Positions 9,539-19,128 of a stretch of DNA of 64,000 nucleotides are shown here, piece after piece; the stretch's first letter is position 1, and each line of letters starts with the position of its first letter. Source of the stretch: Candidatus Sumerlaeia bacterium (GTDB lineage: Bacteria; Sumerlaeota; Sumerlaeia; SLMS01). The DNA lies in the NCBI GenBank assembly GCA_038208905.1, contig JBBQYG010000001.1, positions 1 through 64,000 on the forward strand. The letters are read 5' to 3'. The notes under the pieces are model-generated. The model saw only the letters and a list, made by a program, of their open reading frames with translations, had not been told where the DNA came from and did not search any database. The translations under genes were made by a program, and so were the position numbers.

Positions 9539-10513
9539 TCACCTCGACGACGGATCCACCGCGTCCCGCAGCCCATCGCCAAACAGGTTGAAGGCCAGCA
9601 TCGTGATGCTAATCGCGATGGCCGGGAATATCAGTTGGTGGGGGGTGGAGTACATATAGGTCAATCCGTCGTTGGCCATGGTGCCCCAGCTTGCCTGCGG
9701 GGCGCTGACGCCGAGGCCGACGAAGCCGAGGAAGCTCTCGATAAAGATCGCCTCGGGGATTGCAAGCGTAGCCGCCACGGCGAGCGGCCCCGTGCAGTTT
9801 GGCAGGATCTGTTGAATCAGTATCCGGTGATTGCTTTGCCCGATGGAGCGCGCCGCCATCACGTAGTCCATCCGCGCCTGGTTGATGACTTCGCCGCGGG
9901 CGAGACGCGCCATCGTGAGCCAGTTGGTGACGCCGAGCGCGAGGTAGATCGAAATGAGGTCCGGCGAAAGAAGCAGCGGCACGTTCTGGCGCCCGCCCAT
10001 GAGCGCATCGAGATACTGCTTCACAAAAAGCTGAAGCAGGATCACCACCAGCAACAACGGAATGCTGTAGAGGATGTCCACCAAGCGCATCATCATCGTG
10101 TCGATCAGTCGGATCCATGCCGAGCTTGAACTGTTGCACCACCCGGCGATGACCCCGAATCCAACCCCGATGACGAGGTTGATGAAGCAACTGACGACGC
10201 CAACGGCGAGGCTGATGCGCGCGCCGGCAAATATGCGCGCGAGCATGTCGCGGCCCTGCGCGTCGGTGCCCAGGAGATGACCCTTGGTGGGAGGCTCCGG
10301 CATTCCCACCAGCATCTCGTCGATGCTTGCGGGATCGACGCGATGGATCAACGGGCCGAACGCGGCGGAGAGGAACAGGACGATGATCATGAACAGCGCG
10401 AGCACCGCGATTCGGTTGCGGAAGAATCGCGCAATGGCCGGGTGGCGCCGACGCCAGCTTTCGCGGGCGGGAACTCCTGCCGGGGTTATTGGTGTGGATC
10501 CAGCGGCGCTCAG
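9539..10513 (-). CDS. oppC: Oligopeptide/dipeptide ABC transporter permease (OppC/DppC)
   Basis: HLLGTDAQGRDMLARI, ARISLAVG, ARLARGEV, DYVMAARSIG, ESFLGFVGLG, FNLFGDGLRDAVDP. The frame is open upstream to a CTG at 10513 and includes the typical RFFRNRIAV segment. The first canonical start is GTG 10405. Confidence 0.9.
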   Translation of the reverse strand: MSAAGSTPITPAGVPARESWRRRHPAIARFFRNRIAVLALFMIIVLFLSAAFGPLIHRVDPASIDEMLVGMPEPPTKGHLLGTDAQGRDMLARIFAGARISLAVGVVSCFINLVIGVGFGVIAGWCNSSSSAWIRLIDTMMMRLVDILYSIPLLLVVILLQLFVKQYLDALMGGRQNVPLLLSPDLISIYLALGVTNWLTMARLARGEVINQARMDYVMAARSIGQSNHRILIQQILPNCTGPLAVAATLAIPEAIFIESFLGFVGLGVSAPQASWGTMANDGLTYMYSTPHQLIFPAIAISITMLAFNLFGDGLRDAVDPSSR

Positions 10514-11661
10514 GTCTGAGCCCCCCGCTCTTTCCGGTTGATGAGCCGATGGAGGCGCGCCGCTCCCGGATGCTGCGCGTATTCATTGAGGAGTTGCTCG
10601 CAGAGGAGCCGTGCAACGCTCCCCTGGTGCAGCGCGATCAGGCTTTGGGCGAGCAGGAATCCGCCGTGCAGCTCCGCATCCGTGCGCGAGGCGATGTAGT
10701 TGCGCACGGCGCGCACCCAGCGGCGGAGCGCGCGGGTTCCCATCTGGCGGGCACGTTCGATCTGGGCCACCTGCGATGCGGAGGCAAACTCCTCCGCCAT
10801 GGCCAGATTCCGGACGATATCGGCCCGGTCGCCGGCCTGGCACTGCTCGATATGCCCGAGCCAGGCATAGGCGCCGCCGTCGCAGGGATCGTCGCGCAGG
10901 ATGTCGCGGAAAAGCTCCGACGCAATGACACCCTCCCCATCGCGGATCGCGTGGACCAGGGCGCGGCGGCGCGCGAGCCAGCGGGCATCGGAAGTCAACT
11001 CGACTGTGGAGTGTGTCTCGGGGGGGAGTTCCACCAGCTTGCCGTCGGAATCCGCGAGCCGGAACTCGTGGACGAAACTCGCGCCCACAAAGCTGGAACG
11101 AATGGCGAAGTCGTGGCCCAGATGCGAGAGCCGAACGAACGTGTAGGAGACAAGGAAGCGGGATTTCTCCGGCACGCCCTGATCCACGGCGCCGTCGAAG
11201 ATTTGGGACTCGAGGGAGGCGAGGGCACCCTCGAGATCCTCGTCGAAGGGGAGGAAGAACTGCTGATAATTGACGATTGGAGCCTGTCCGGGGTTGGGCG
11301 AAATCCAAATCGACACCACCAGATCGGGAACGTCCGGCCCCCACAGCTCGACCAGAAGGCGGCGCTCCTCGACAATGGCGGAGGAGATAGAGTCCATCGC
11401 GGGCGCGACAAATGGGGGCTCGGCGGGGGGATCGTCGGAGCGAATCTCCTCCGCCATCCGCGCGGCGCGGGCGCGATGGTCCTTTCGCATTCCCCAGATC
11501 AGGAGAACCGAGAGCAGGACCATCACGAGCGGCACGGCGACCCAGTGCAGCGGCAACACGGCGGAGGACTCCCAATGGATTCTTTCGGCGTTCGCGGGAA
11601 GGCCGTTTGGCCACTCCCCTGTGCCAAGTGAAAGCGTGAGGCGCAATCCCCCTTGGCTCAA
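10510..11661 (-). CDS. Hypothetical membrane-anchored protein with TPR-like C-terminus
   Basis: Long ORF with a single TM (WVAVPLVMVLLSVLLIWG) and a helical C-terminus. Start uncertain. Confidence 0.55.
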   Translation of the reverse strand: MSQGGLRLTLSLGTGEWPNGLPANAERIHWESSAVLPLHWVAVPLVMVLLSVLLIWGMRKDHRARAARMAEEIRSDDPPAEPPFVAPAMDSISSAIVEERRLLVELWGPDVPDLVVSIWISPNPGQAPIVNYQQFFLPFDEDLEGALASLESQIFDGAVDQGVPEKSRFLVSYTFVRLSHLGHDFAIRSSFVGASFVHEFRLADSDGKLVELPPETHSTVELTSDARWLARRRALVHAIRDGEGVIASELFRDILRDDPCDGGAYAWLGHIEQCQAGDRADIVRNLAMAEEFASASQVAQIERARQMGTRALRRWVRAVRNYIASRTDAELHGGFLLAQSLIALHQGSVARLLCEQLLNEYAQHPGAARLHRLINRKERGAQT

Positions 11662-11741
11662 GACATTTTCCCCGCGCTTTCGCGATTGAGGCGGTGCGGC
11701 GATGAAGCGAGCCTTTGGACCGGAGCGTGGGCCGGAAGGCC

Positions 11742-13082
11742 ATGACGCAGCACGGGGAGGATGCGTTGCCCAATCAACCCGCGGAAGCACCCGCATCGCC
11801 GATGACCGGGAGCCGCGTCTTTATCGGCGTGAGCGTATTCCTCCTCCTCTTTCTGGCGGGAATGGCTTGGTACATCCACGCCTCGCGAAACGCACGGTCC
11901 GCATGGCGTCAGGAAGCGCGAGCCGGCGTGAGCGCCAGCGACGCGCCCAATGCCATCGAGCCGATCCTCGACGCGCTGGACCGGGTGGACTGGCGGGCAG
12001 TGCGCGCGTCGGAGGCGCTGCTCAAGCGCACGGCCACCGAAGGCTGGTCCGAAGAGAGTGCCCAGCTCATCCCGTTGATCGCCAACCACCAGCAGGTCCT
12101 TTCCCTGGCGATGCGAAGCGCCGCGATCCCGCAATGCCGCCTGCCCCCCACCAGCGATGCCGACGCATCTGTTCCGCGCCCCAACATCGAGGAATTTCGG
12201 CTCCTCTCCTTCCTGCTCGTCGCCAACGGCCGGCGCCTGGCCGCGACCGGCCATGCGGAGGAGGCGGCCCAGCGCCTGATGGACGCGGCAATTCTGGGTG
12301 TGCGATTCACCCGCCCGCACGCGGAGGCGACCTTGACGTCCCACCTGATCGGAATGACGGCGATGGAATTGGCGATCGACGCGCTGGACGATGTGATTTC
12401 CACCGCGGGGGAAATGCCCGCCGAATGGCGCGGCTCCCTTGCGGCGCAACTGGCGGAACTCGATGGCTCCTACTATCCGATCCGCGGGGCTTTTCGCGCC
12501 GAGGCGGGAATCTATTCCCGCGAGTTGGCGGCGCGCAGCGCCACCCCCGCCGATCTGGCCGAGGGCCTGCAACTGGCCGGCGCGGTCCTGCCGCAAGGCG
12601 CCAACACCGTCGAGGTGGCGGGATCGCTCCACGCGGATGCGCTGACCGTTACGGGCGAGCAGGATCGGGTTTGGGGGGTCCTCGATGGGATATTGGCAAT
12701 GCCTCCCGCTCGCCAGCCGCGTATCGACCGGGAGTGGTTCGCCCAGGCGTCGCCCAATAGGCTCGTCCAAATCCAGTTCGCGGAGCTGACGCCGCTGATC
12801 CTGCGCGAGGGAATCCTGCTGGCGCGGCTGAGGCTGGAACGCGCCGCGCTCCTGCCCGGGGGCGAGGCTCTTCCGGCAGACCCCTTTGATGGCGAGCCCC
12901 TGCGCGTCGCGGAGGGTCGCATCTGGTCGATTGGGCCGGACCTTCGGGACGACGGCGGGATGGTGGAGTATGCGCCGGGGAAGGGGCTGGCGAGCGGGGG
13001 CGACATGATTGCGACGCGGCGTGCGAGCGGGCAGGCTCCCGGCTTGCCCCATCCCGCGCAACCCGCGAGCCTTCGCCCATGA
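11742..13082 (+). CDS. Membrane-anchored helical protein with C-terminal pilin/GspG-like head motif
   Basis: N-terminal TM; C-terminus LPADPFDGEPLR...IWSIGPDLRDDGG..YAPGKGLASGGDMI. Confidence 0.75.
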   Translation: MTQHGEDALPNQPAEAPASPMTGSRVFIGVSVFLLLFLAGMAWYIHASRNARSAWRQEARAGVSASDAPNAIEPILDALDRVDWRAVRASEALLKRTATEGWSEESAQLIPLIANHQQVLSLAMRSAAIPQCRLPPTSDADASVPRPNIEEFRLLSFLLVANGRRLAATGHAEEAAQRLMDAAILGVRFTRPHAEATLTSHLIGMTAMELAIDALDDVISTAGEMPAEWRGSLAAQLAELDGSYYPIRGAFRAEAGIYSRELAARSATPADLAEGLQLAGAVLPQGANTVEVAGSLHADALTVTGEQDRVWGVLDGILAMPPARQPRIDREWFAQASPNRLVQIQFAELTPLILREGILLARLRLERAALLPGGEALPADPFDGEPLRVAEGRIWSIGPDLRDDGGMVEYAPGKGLASGGDMIATRRASGQAPGLPHPAQPASLRP

Positions 13083-13399
13083 AACTGCTCGCGTCCATTC
13101 TGAAACCGCTTCGCGCGAAGCGCGCACGCCGCCTGCTCGCGACAGGAGCGCCCCGCCGCATCCGCATCCACTCCGTCACCCCGGACCCGGAGGAAAACCC
13201 GCGGCTCCACCGAATCGCGTTCGAGTTCCTCGACCCGCCGGGCCCCTGGTCGATGCAGTTCTATCAAGCCGAGCCCTTCAAAAGCAAGCTGCCGGACGCC
13301 TTGGCGCCCGGCAGCACGGCATGGTTCTATGAGACCGACGACGGCGCGCGGACCCGTGTGCTCAAGCTGGAGGACGGCACGCCCGTCTGGCCCAGCTAA
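13079..13399 (+). CDS. Hypothetical protein
   Basis: 106 aa; ATGA overlap with the upstream gene. Confidence 0.65.
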   Translation: MKLLASILKPLRAKRARRLLATGAPRRIRIHSVTPDPEENPRLHRIAFEFLDPPGPWSMQFYQAEPFKSKLPDALAPGSTAWFYETDDGARTRVLKLEDGTPVWPS

Positions 13400-13405
13400 C
13401 GCCGA

Positions 13406-14380
13406 TCAGAGCAGGCCCCGCGGACCATAGCGGCGCTTGCGGGCGCTGTAGGTGCTTTCATCCTCCGGCACGGGCCCCGCAGCAGTGGGTAACGCATCCA
13501 ACGGTGGGGCGGGACGCGGAGCGCGCGGGGCGCTGGGGCGCAGCGCGTCGCTCGGCGGGCGATCGGATGGATTCTCGAACTCGTCGTGAAAGGCGTCCGC
13601 GGGACGCGGCCCACCGGCCAGGCCCTCGCGCCGCCACAGGTAGATATAGCCGCGGATGCGAAAGCCCTTATAGTCGGAGACTTCCGACTGATAGGTGTTG
13701 GGCTTCACGAATCCCTGATAGTGGCTGTTGATGACGGCATCATACCCCTCCAGCGTGTTCTTGGCGAAGAGCTTGGGGTACGTGGTCTCGTGATAGCGCT
13801 TGGCAACCGTCGCCACGAAGTCGGCGATCTGAAGCCCGGCGGAATCCGTTTCGCGCTGGACCATGGGCGAGCCGATGATCGGCTGGGCCTTGCCGTGGGC
13901 GCTGAACACGGAGGAAAACTGAATCTCGGAAATCGTCTGCCGCTCGTCGTCGCGCCCGGGTGGAACGATCAACATCCCTTGGCTGCGATTTTCCTTCAGG
14001 TGCTGGGAGATCGGCTTCATCAAGTAGTGATACGTCAGCGGGAGGAGCCACTTCGGATGAGCGGGCTTGTCGGTGGTGCGCTTGTCCACAACGACAAGGA
14101 AGACCTTTATCTCGAGAGCGGCCGCGATCTTCTCCAGTCCCTTGCAATAGGCGACGGCCCAAGGGCGCTCCGCATTCTTGGGATGCAACAGGTCGTTGGC
14201 GTTTACCCGTGTCTTGCCCGGCTGGTAGTTCGCTTTTTGAAAGGACTTTTGCAAACCATTGATTCGCAGCTGGAGAGTCTTCCACTTATCCTCCTGAATG
14301 GAAACGCCGGCCAAAGTCCAAAAGGTGCCCGCCGTGGATTCGACGGGCTTGCCCGACTGCTGAAGGAAAATGAGATGCAT
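13406..14380 (-). CDS. DUF3800-like (RNase H-like fold) protein with degenerate acidic motif
   Basis: N-terminus MHLIFLQQSG...TLAGVSI (family pattern hhhDESG) and C-terminal SAGLQIADFVA motif; disordered basic tail. Confidence 0.75.
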   Translation of the reverse strand: MHLIFLQQSGKPVESTAGTFWTLAGVSIQEDKWKTLQLRINGLQKSFQKANYQPGKTRVNANDLLHPKNAERPWAVAYCKGLEKIAAALEIKVFLVVVDKRTTDKPAHPKWLLPLTYHYLMKPISQHLKENRSQGMLIVPPGRDDERQTISEIQFSSVFSAHGKAQPIIGSPMVQRETDSAGLQIADFVATVAKRYHETTYPKLFAKNTLEGYDAVINSHYQGFVKPNTYQSEVSDYKGFRIRGYIYLWRREGLAGGPRPADAFHDEFENPSDRPPSDALRPSAPRAPRPAPPLDALPTAAGPVPEDESTYSARKRRYGPRGLL

Positions 14381-14706
14381 TCTGGGGATTCTCTGTTGGG
14401 GGTGGGGGTTGGGCCTGGGGGGGGCCGGTCACTTTTCCAGTTGATGTTCTAACTAAGTCTCTCTCGTACTTGCCCGGGCGAACAAACAGTCTCTATCATG
14501 GAATACCCTGAGAGCAAGTGGAACAATCCGGGCGGTGCAATCTGGTACCCTCTTTTTGCTTCAAAAGGCTCGTTCCGAAGGACTTGCACGACACTTGCGC
14601 CCGATCCGAGGTCTAAAACTCTCTTGGCGGGGTACTCGCGGCCCGAATCACATCGCGGGTTCCACGCCAGAGGCCCTCAAGATTCAACAACGATCTCGGT
14701 AAATTC

Positions 14707-16449
14707 ATGGAATTCAGGTCTCAGCCCCTCTCCCAACTCGCCCACTACCCCGCCGTTCGGCTGGTGGGTCTGGGATTTTTCCTTGGTCTGATCGGAATCA
14801 TTTCTGCGCGCCTTGTTCTCTTGACGACCCTTGGCCACGACGACGCGGCGGCGCAGGCCCAAGAAAATCTCTATCAGCAACGACGCCTGACATATCCTCG
14901 CGGAAACATTTCGGATCGCAATGGAAATGTTCTTGCGACGAATAAGCGGTGCTACGCGATCCGGTTTTCGCCTTATGGTCAATCCGATGCGGTGGCGGGC
15001 GAGGCCCTTGATCGCCTTGCCGCGATCCTGGGCTCTCCGTCCCAAGAGGAGAGGGAGAAGATCCTCGCAGCGCGGCCGCGCTGGACACGGCACCTGATCG
15101 CGTCGGGGCTGGGGCAATCCGATGTGATCCCCTTTATCGAGCGACCCCGCGACTATCCCGGAGTGCGCATCCAGGAAGAGTATGCCCGCGTGTATGAGCA
15201 GCCGGTGGACTTTGCGTTGATCGTCGGTTTCGTGGGGCGCATCCAGCCCGGCCAGGAAGCAGAGTTCCCCCGCCCCCGCTACCTCCCCGACGACATGGTG
15301 GGGCGCAGCGGGATCGAGCGTCAGTATCAGGACCGCCTGGCCGGATCGCCGGGCCGCGAGCGCCTCCAGCGGGACGCGCGCGGCCGCAGCTTGGCGGAGC
15401 CCGACGTTCTGGAGCCAAGTCATCCCGGAGAGGACCTGACCCTCGCACTCGACGCCCGTATTCAGACCGTGGCGATGGACCTCCTCAAGGGACACAAGGG
15501 GAGCATCGTCCTGATGGACGTGGCGACGGGCGAGGTCCACGCGATGGCTTCGCGGCCAACCTTCGACGCGACGAATCCCGGAGCCATGGAACTGGACGGC
15601 GAGCCCGCCGGTTTCGTGAATCTGGCAATGCGCGGCCTGTATCCACCGGGATCGACGCTCAAGGTGGTCTCCGCAATGGCGGCGCTGAAGGAAGGCGTCT
15701 CGCCCGCGGAGAGAATCGACTGCCGCGGAAGCTTTCTGGTCGATGGATGGAGCCGCCCCTTCTGGTGCGCCCACCGCGAGGGCCACGGCCCCATGGGGAT
15801 GGCCGACTCGCTCAAGGCGAGCTGCAACGTGTACTACTACACGATGGCCAAGCGGTTGGGGCCGCGCCCGCTGTTCGAGGCGGGCCGCGAATTCGGCCTG
15901 GGCCGTGCCACGGGGATCGACCTTCCCGGCGAGGCGGGGGGCCAGCTCAGCACGATGCCGAATCCCGCTTCGGGAGAGACGACGAACTTGTATATCGGGC
16001 AGGGCTCCATGCTGGCCACTCCCCTGCAAGTTGCGCGGATGTATGCGGGGCTTGCCAACGGCGGCGTGCTGCCGGTGCCCCGCGTCGTCATCGGGGGATC
16101 GGCGCCAGCGACGGGCGGCGAACGGCTGCCGATGACCGAGGCGCAGCGTGCCGAGATAAACCGCGGTCTATACGGCGCCGTGAACGAGCAGGGCGGCACC
16201 GCCGCCAAGGCGGGGATACCGCGCGCGTGGGGAGTGTGCGGGAAAACCGGCACGGCGGAGAACGCCACCGGGGGCGTGGATGCGTGGTTTGCCGGATTCT
16301 TCCCGCAGGAGAATCCACGGTTCGCCTTTGCCGTTCACGTGGAAGAAGCGGACGGCCACGGCGGCGACGTGGCAGGGCCTATCGCGCGTGAACTGATTCG
16401 CGCGGTGCTTGCGCCGACGGACCAGAAGAGCGTGGCCGCGCTGCCCTAG
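14707..16449 (+). CDS. mrdA: Penicillin-binding protein 2 (class B transpeptidase)
   Basis: PRGNISDRNG, VGRSGIERQY, YPPGSTLK (SxxK), SCN (SxN), GKTGTAE (KTG). Confidence 0.93.
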   Translation: MEFRSQPLSQLAHYPAVRLVGLGFFLGLIGIISARLVLLTTLGHDDAAAQAQENLYQQRRLTYPRGNISDRNGNVLATNKRCYAIRFSPYGQSDAVAGEALDRLAAILGSPSQEEREKILAARPRWTRHLIASGLGQSDVIPFIERPRDYPGVRIQEEYARVYEQPVDFALIVGFVGRIQPGQEAEFPRPRYLPDDMVGRSGIERQYQDRLAGSPGRERLQRDARGRSLAEPDVLEPSHPGEDLTLALDARIQTVAMDLLKGHKGSIVLMDVATGEVHAMASRPTFDATNPGAMELDGEPAGFVNLAMRGLYPPGSTLKVVSAMAALKEGVSPAERIDCRGSFLVDGWSRPFWCAHREGHGPMGMADSLKASCNVYYYTMAKRLGPRPLFEAGREFGLGRATGIDLPGEAGGQLSTMPNPASGETTNLYIGQGSMLATPLQVARMYAGLANGGVLPVPRVVIGGSAPATGGERLPMTEAQRAEINRGLYGAVNEQGGTAAKAGIPRAWGVCGKTGTAENATGGVDAWFAGFFPQENPRFAFAVHVEEADGHGGDVAGPIARELIRAVLAPTDQKSVAALP

Positions 16450-16551
16450 TGTCGCATCGACCCAGATTCCAGCGATGCAGACTGCATGCAAAGTCAATTC
16501 GGTCCATCACGTCCATAAGGTCACAGCTCTCGTTCCTGGGTAGGGGGCACG

Positions 16552-17535
16552 CTAGGGAGCTTTTTCCAGTTCCTTCGTCACGCGCTCGATGAACTTCTCC
16601 AGCGGCCGGTCGGCGACGAACTTCGCGTGGTAGCGCCTTGCCATTTCGAGCGCCTTGACGGGATCGCCGAACTTCTCCTCCATCAGGGCGGCCATGCGGC
16701 ACACGCCCGTCGCGTCATCCTCCACGTGGTCGTTCCATTCCGCCTTGTTCTCGACGAAGGCACCATTGTAGCGCACGCGCATGACGATCTCGGCCCCCTC
16801 GGCGAAAACATCGCGGGCGCGGACCGAGTACTCCAGCAACTTGTCGCCCGCGGCGCCCGTCTCGGCGGGATTCTTTGCCGTCGTGGCATCCGTGCTCGCC
16901 ACCTCGCGGAGCACCTGACCCAGCATGAAGCGGATGGCGAAGCTGTCGGGATTGTTGGCGACGCCCTCCTCCAGGAACTTCACGCCCTCCTCGGGATTGT
17001 GGGTCTTCAGCCACCATCCGCCGATGGCGTAGCAGCGCTCGCAGTTGGGATCGCTGGCGGTCATCAGGCGATACCAGGGGAGCAGTTCCGCGCCGTCGGA
17101 GTGGATATGCGGGAGGCTCGGATCGCGCCAAGGCTTCACCTTACGTTCCAGCACGCCCACGAAGCCCCGGAAATCGGAATCGCCGGACCGTATGGTGGTG
17201 GCTGTGCCTTCGTGGCTTCCCGCATCGCCCATGATCTCGGATTCGGTTAGGTGCGGCGCGTAGCCGATGCCATTGTGCAGATAGCGCTCGGTCTTCATAA
17301 ACATGATGTCGCTCATGCTGGTGCGGACTTCGCCGAGCACGCGCGCCACGGAGGAGGTGTTGCGCTCGATGCTGTCCTCGATGCTCTTGCTCCGCCCGCC
17401 CTTGTAGTCATTGGGGCGCAGGCCCGAGAACAGGAGCGGCCCCAGCGCAAAGGCGGTCCCGAACCCGCCGAGGAGGACGATTCTCCACATCGCAGAGCCT
17501 CCGCTGGATCGCGGGCTGCCGTTTCGCTTCACCAT
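16552..17535 (-). CDS. TM-anchored TPR protein, PilG/XapA-like pilus accessory candidate
   Basis: N-terminal TM; ELLPWYRLMTASDP...YAIGGWWL...EEGVKFLEEGVANNPDS TPR pattern. Operonic with two ABC-2 permeases. Start 17535 or 17490. Confidence 0.7.
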   Translation of the reverse strand: MVKRNGSPRSSGGSAMWRIVLLGGFGTAFALGPLLFSGLRPNDYKGGRSKSIEDSIERNTSSVARVLGEVRTSMSDIMFMKTERYLHNGIGYAPHLTESEIMGDAGSHEGTATTIRSGDSDFRGFVGVLERKVKPWRDPSLPHIHSDGAELLPWYRLMTASDPNCERCYAIGGWWLKTHNPEEGVKFLEEGVANNPDSFAIRFMLGQVLREVASTDATTAKNPAETGAAGDKLLEYSVRARDVFAEGAEIVMRVRYNGAFVENKAEWNDHVEDDATGVCRMAALMEEKFGDPVKALEMARRYHAKFVADRPLEKFIERVTKELEKAP

Positions 17536-17536
17536 C

Positions 17537-18337
17537 CTAGAGCGACCTCCGGCCAAAGATCGCCGCACCCGCCGCCAGCGCCAGCCCCGTATAGACAACC
17601 GCATAGGCCGCGAGTCCCACGAACATCGCGCCATCCAGGGGGCCGATTCCGTCGGTGTATCGCGTCACGGTATCCAGGATCGAAAAGTTGGGAATGTATG
17701 CCGTGATCCACTGGGCGGCCGATGGACCGACGATTGGCGCAGCGCGCGCGCGCGCGAATCCGACCGCGGCATCGCCCACCACAACGAGCAGGCCCAGCAC
17801 CACCACGTTGACCGCCTGGGGCGCGACGAGTGAAAACGCCAGCGCCAGCGCCGCCAGCATCGACACCGATAGCACGGCAAGAATCATCGTTTGGGCCAGC
17901 ATCATGGCATCGTATTCCTCCATCCGCGGCGCGCCGATCCACGCCAGCGCCATTAACACCGCCAGCGAGGTCGCGCCGATTCCCGCCGCGGCGAGCCACT
18001 TGCCAACCAGATACTCCCCGCGCCCCAGCGGCTTGCCAAGCAGGGGATACAGCGTGCGGTTTTCCATCTCCGTGGGAACTTGGCGCGCCGCCGTCAGCAG
18101 CGTCAGCACCATCGCCGAATAGTAGGCCATCGTCATCCCCAGGTTGAGGAGGAACGTCCCCACGGCCTTGTTCTCGATCCCCACCACCATCGTGACGATC
18201 ATCCCCAGCACATAGACGCCCATGAGGATGAACAGGACATAGAACTCCTGGCGACGGATGGTTTCCAGAAGCACGCCGCGCGCAACCAGCGAGATAGAGC
18301 GCACGGGATTGATGGGGAGGGCGGCCACTGCCTGCAT
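17537..18337 (-). CDS. ABC-2 type permease (PilI-like)
   Basis: LLETIRRQE, EMENRTLYPLLGKPLGRGEYLVGKWL; 6 TM; TGATG overlap with the upstream paralog. Confidence 0.85.
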   Translation of the reverse strand: MQAVAALPINPVRSISLVARGVLLETIRRQEFYVLFILMGVYVLGMIVTMVVGIENKAVGTFLLNLGMTMAYYSAMVLTLLTAARQVPTEMENRTLYPLLGKPLGRGEYLVGKWLAAAGIGATSLAVLMALAWIGAPRMEEYDAMMLAQTMILAVLSVSMLAALALAFSLVAPQAVNVVVLGLLVVVGDAAVGFARARAAPIVGPSAAQWITAYIPNFSILDTVTRYTDGIGPLDGAMFVGLAAYAVVYTGLALAAGAAIFGRRSL

Positions 18338-19128
18338 CAGAGCGGCCTCCGGCGGAACCAGACCAACGCGAGCGAGAAATAGAGCGCGGACCAGACAAAG
18401 CCATAGGCAAGCACCGCGAGCATCGACCAGGCGGAGAGTGGAGGCCACATCTCCCCCGCGTGGACTGTCTTCTCCGACAGGTCGAAGAGCGCCAGTTGTG
18501 GGATCGCGTAGTTCATCGCCGTCATGCCCATCCTTCCGAACTCATCCGCGAAATCGTACAAGTTGCTGATCACCGAGGAGATCACGGAACTGGTGAAGTA
18601 GAAGATCGCCCCGATCGTGATCGCAGCGTCCAGGTTCATCAGCATCGACAGCCAGAAGCACAGCGTGGCGACGACGAGCATCCCGGCAAGCTGAAGCGTA
18701 ACGTACTGCAAGAAGAGCACCCACGGCACTGGCTGGCCAAGGTACAGCGCCCCCGCCAGATACACCGACATGAACAATCCCAGGCAAAACGCGCCCGCCA
18801 TCATCACGCCCAGCAGTTTGCCCGCGAGGAAAGCCATGCGGCCAACCGGCTTCGCGAGCAGCGGATAGATCGTCCTGTTCTGGAACTCCCGCGGAAGCTG
18901 GCGCGAGGCCAGCACGATCACCGTGAGCGCGGTCGCGATTCCCATCACGCGCAGGGCCACCTCGCGATAGAACTTGTGCAGGTCCTTCAGATTGAAGAAG
19001 TCGATCGACATCACCGCGCCGATCAGCAGCACCGTGACGAGCACGATGGCGTAGATCTCCCGTCGGCGCACTGCCTCGATCAGCACGCTCCGGGCGATGA
19101 GCCAGGGTGACCGCAGAAAACCGGCCAT
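18337..19128 (-). CDS. ABC-2 type permease (PilI-like)
   Basis: LIEAVRRRE, EFQNRTIYPLLAKPVGRMAFLAGKLLG, FRRRPL end; paralog of the downstream gene. Confidence 0.85.
   Translation of the reverse strand: MAGFLRSPWLIARSVLIEAVRRREIYAIVLVTVLLIGAVMSIDFFNLKDLHKFYREVALRVMGIATALTVIVLASRQLPREFQNRTIYPLLAKPVGRMAFLAGKLLGVMMAGAFCLGLFMSVYLAGALYLGQPVPWVLFLQYVTLQLAGMLVVATLCFWLSMLMNLDAAITIGAIFYFTSSVISSVISNLYDFADEFGRMGMTAMNYAIPQLALFDLSEKTVHAGEMWPPLSAWSMLAVLAYGFVWSALYFSLALVWFRRRPL

Noticed and set aside
14583-14600. Sigma54-like promoter TTGCACGACACTTGC
   Set aside because: The invariant GG at -24 is missing (TG instead).
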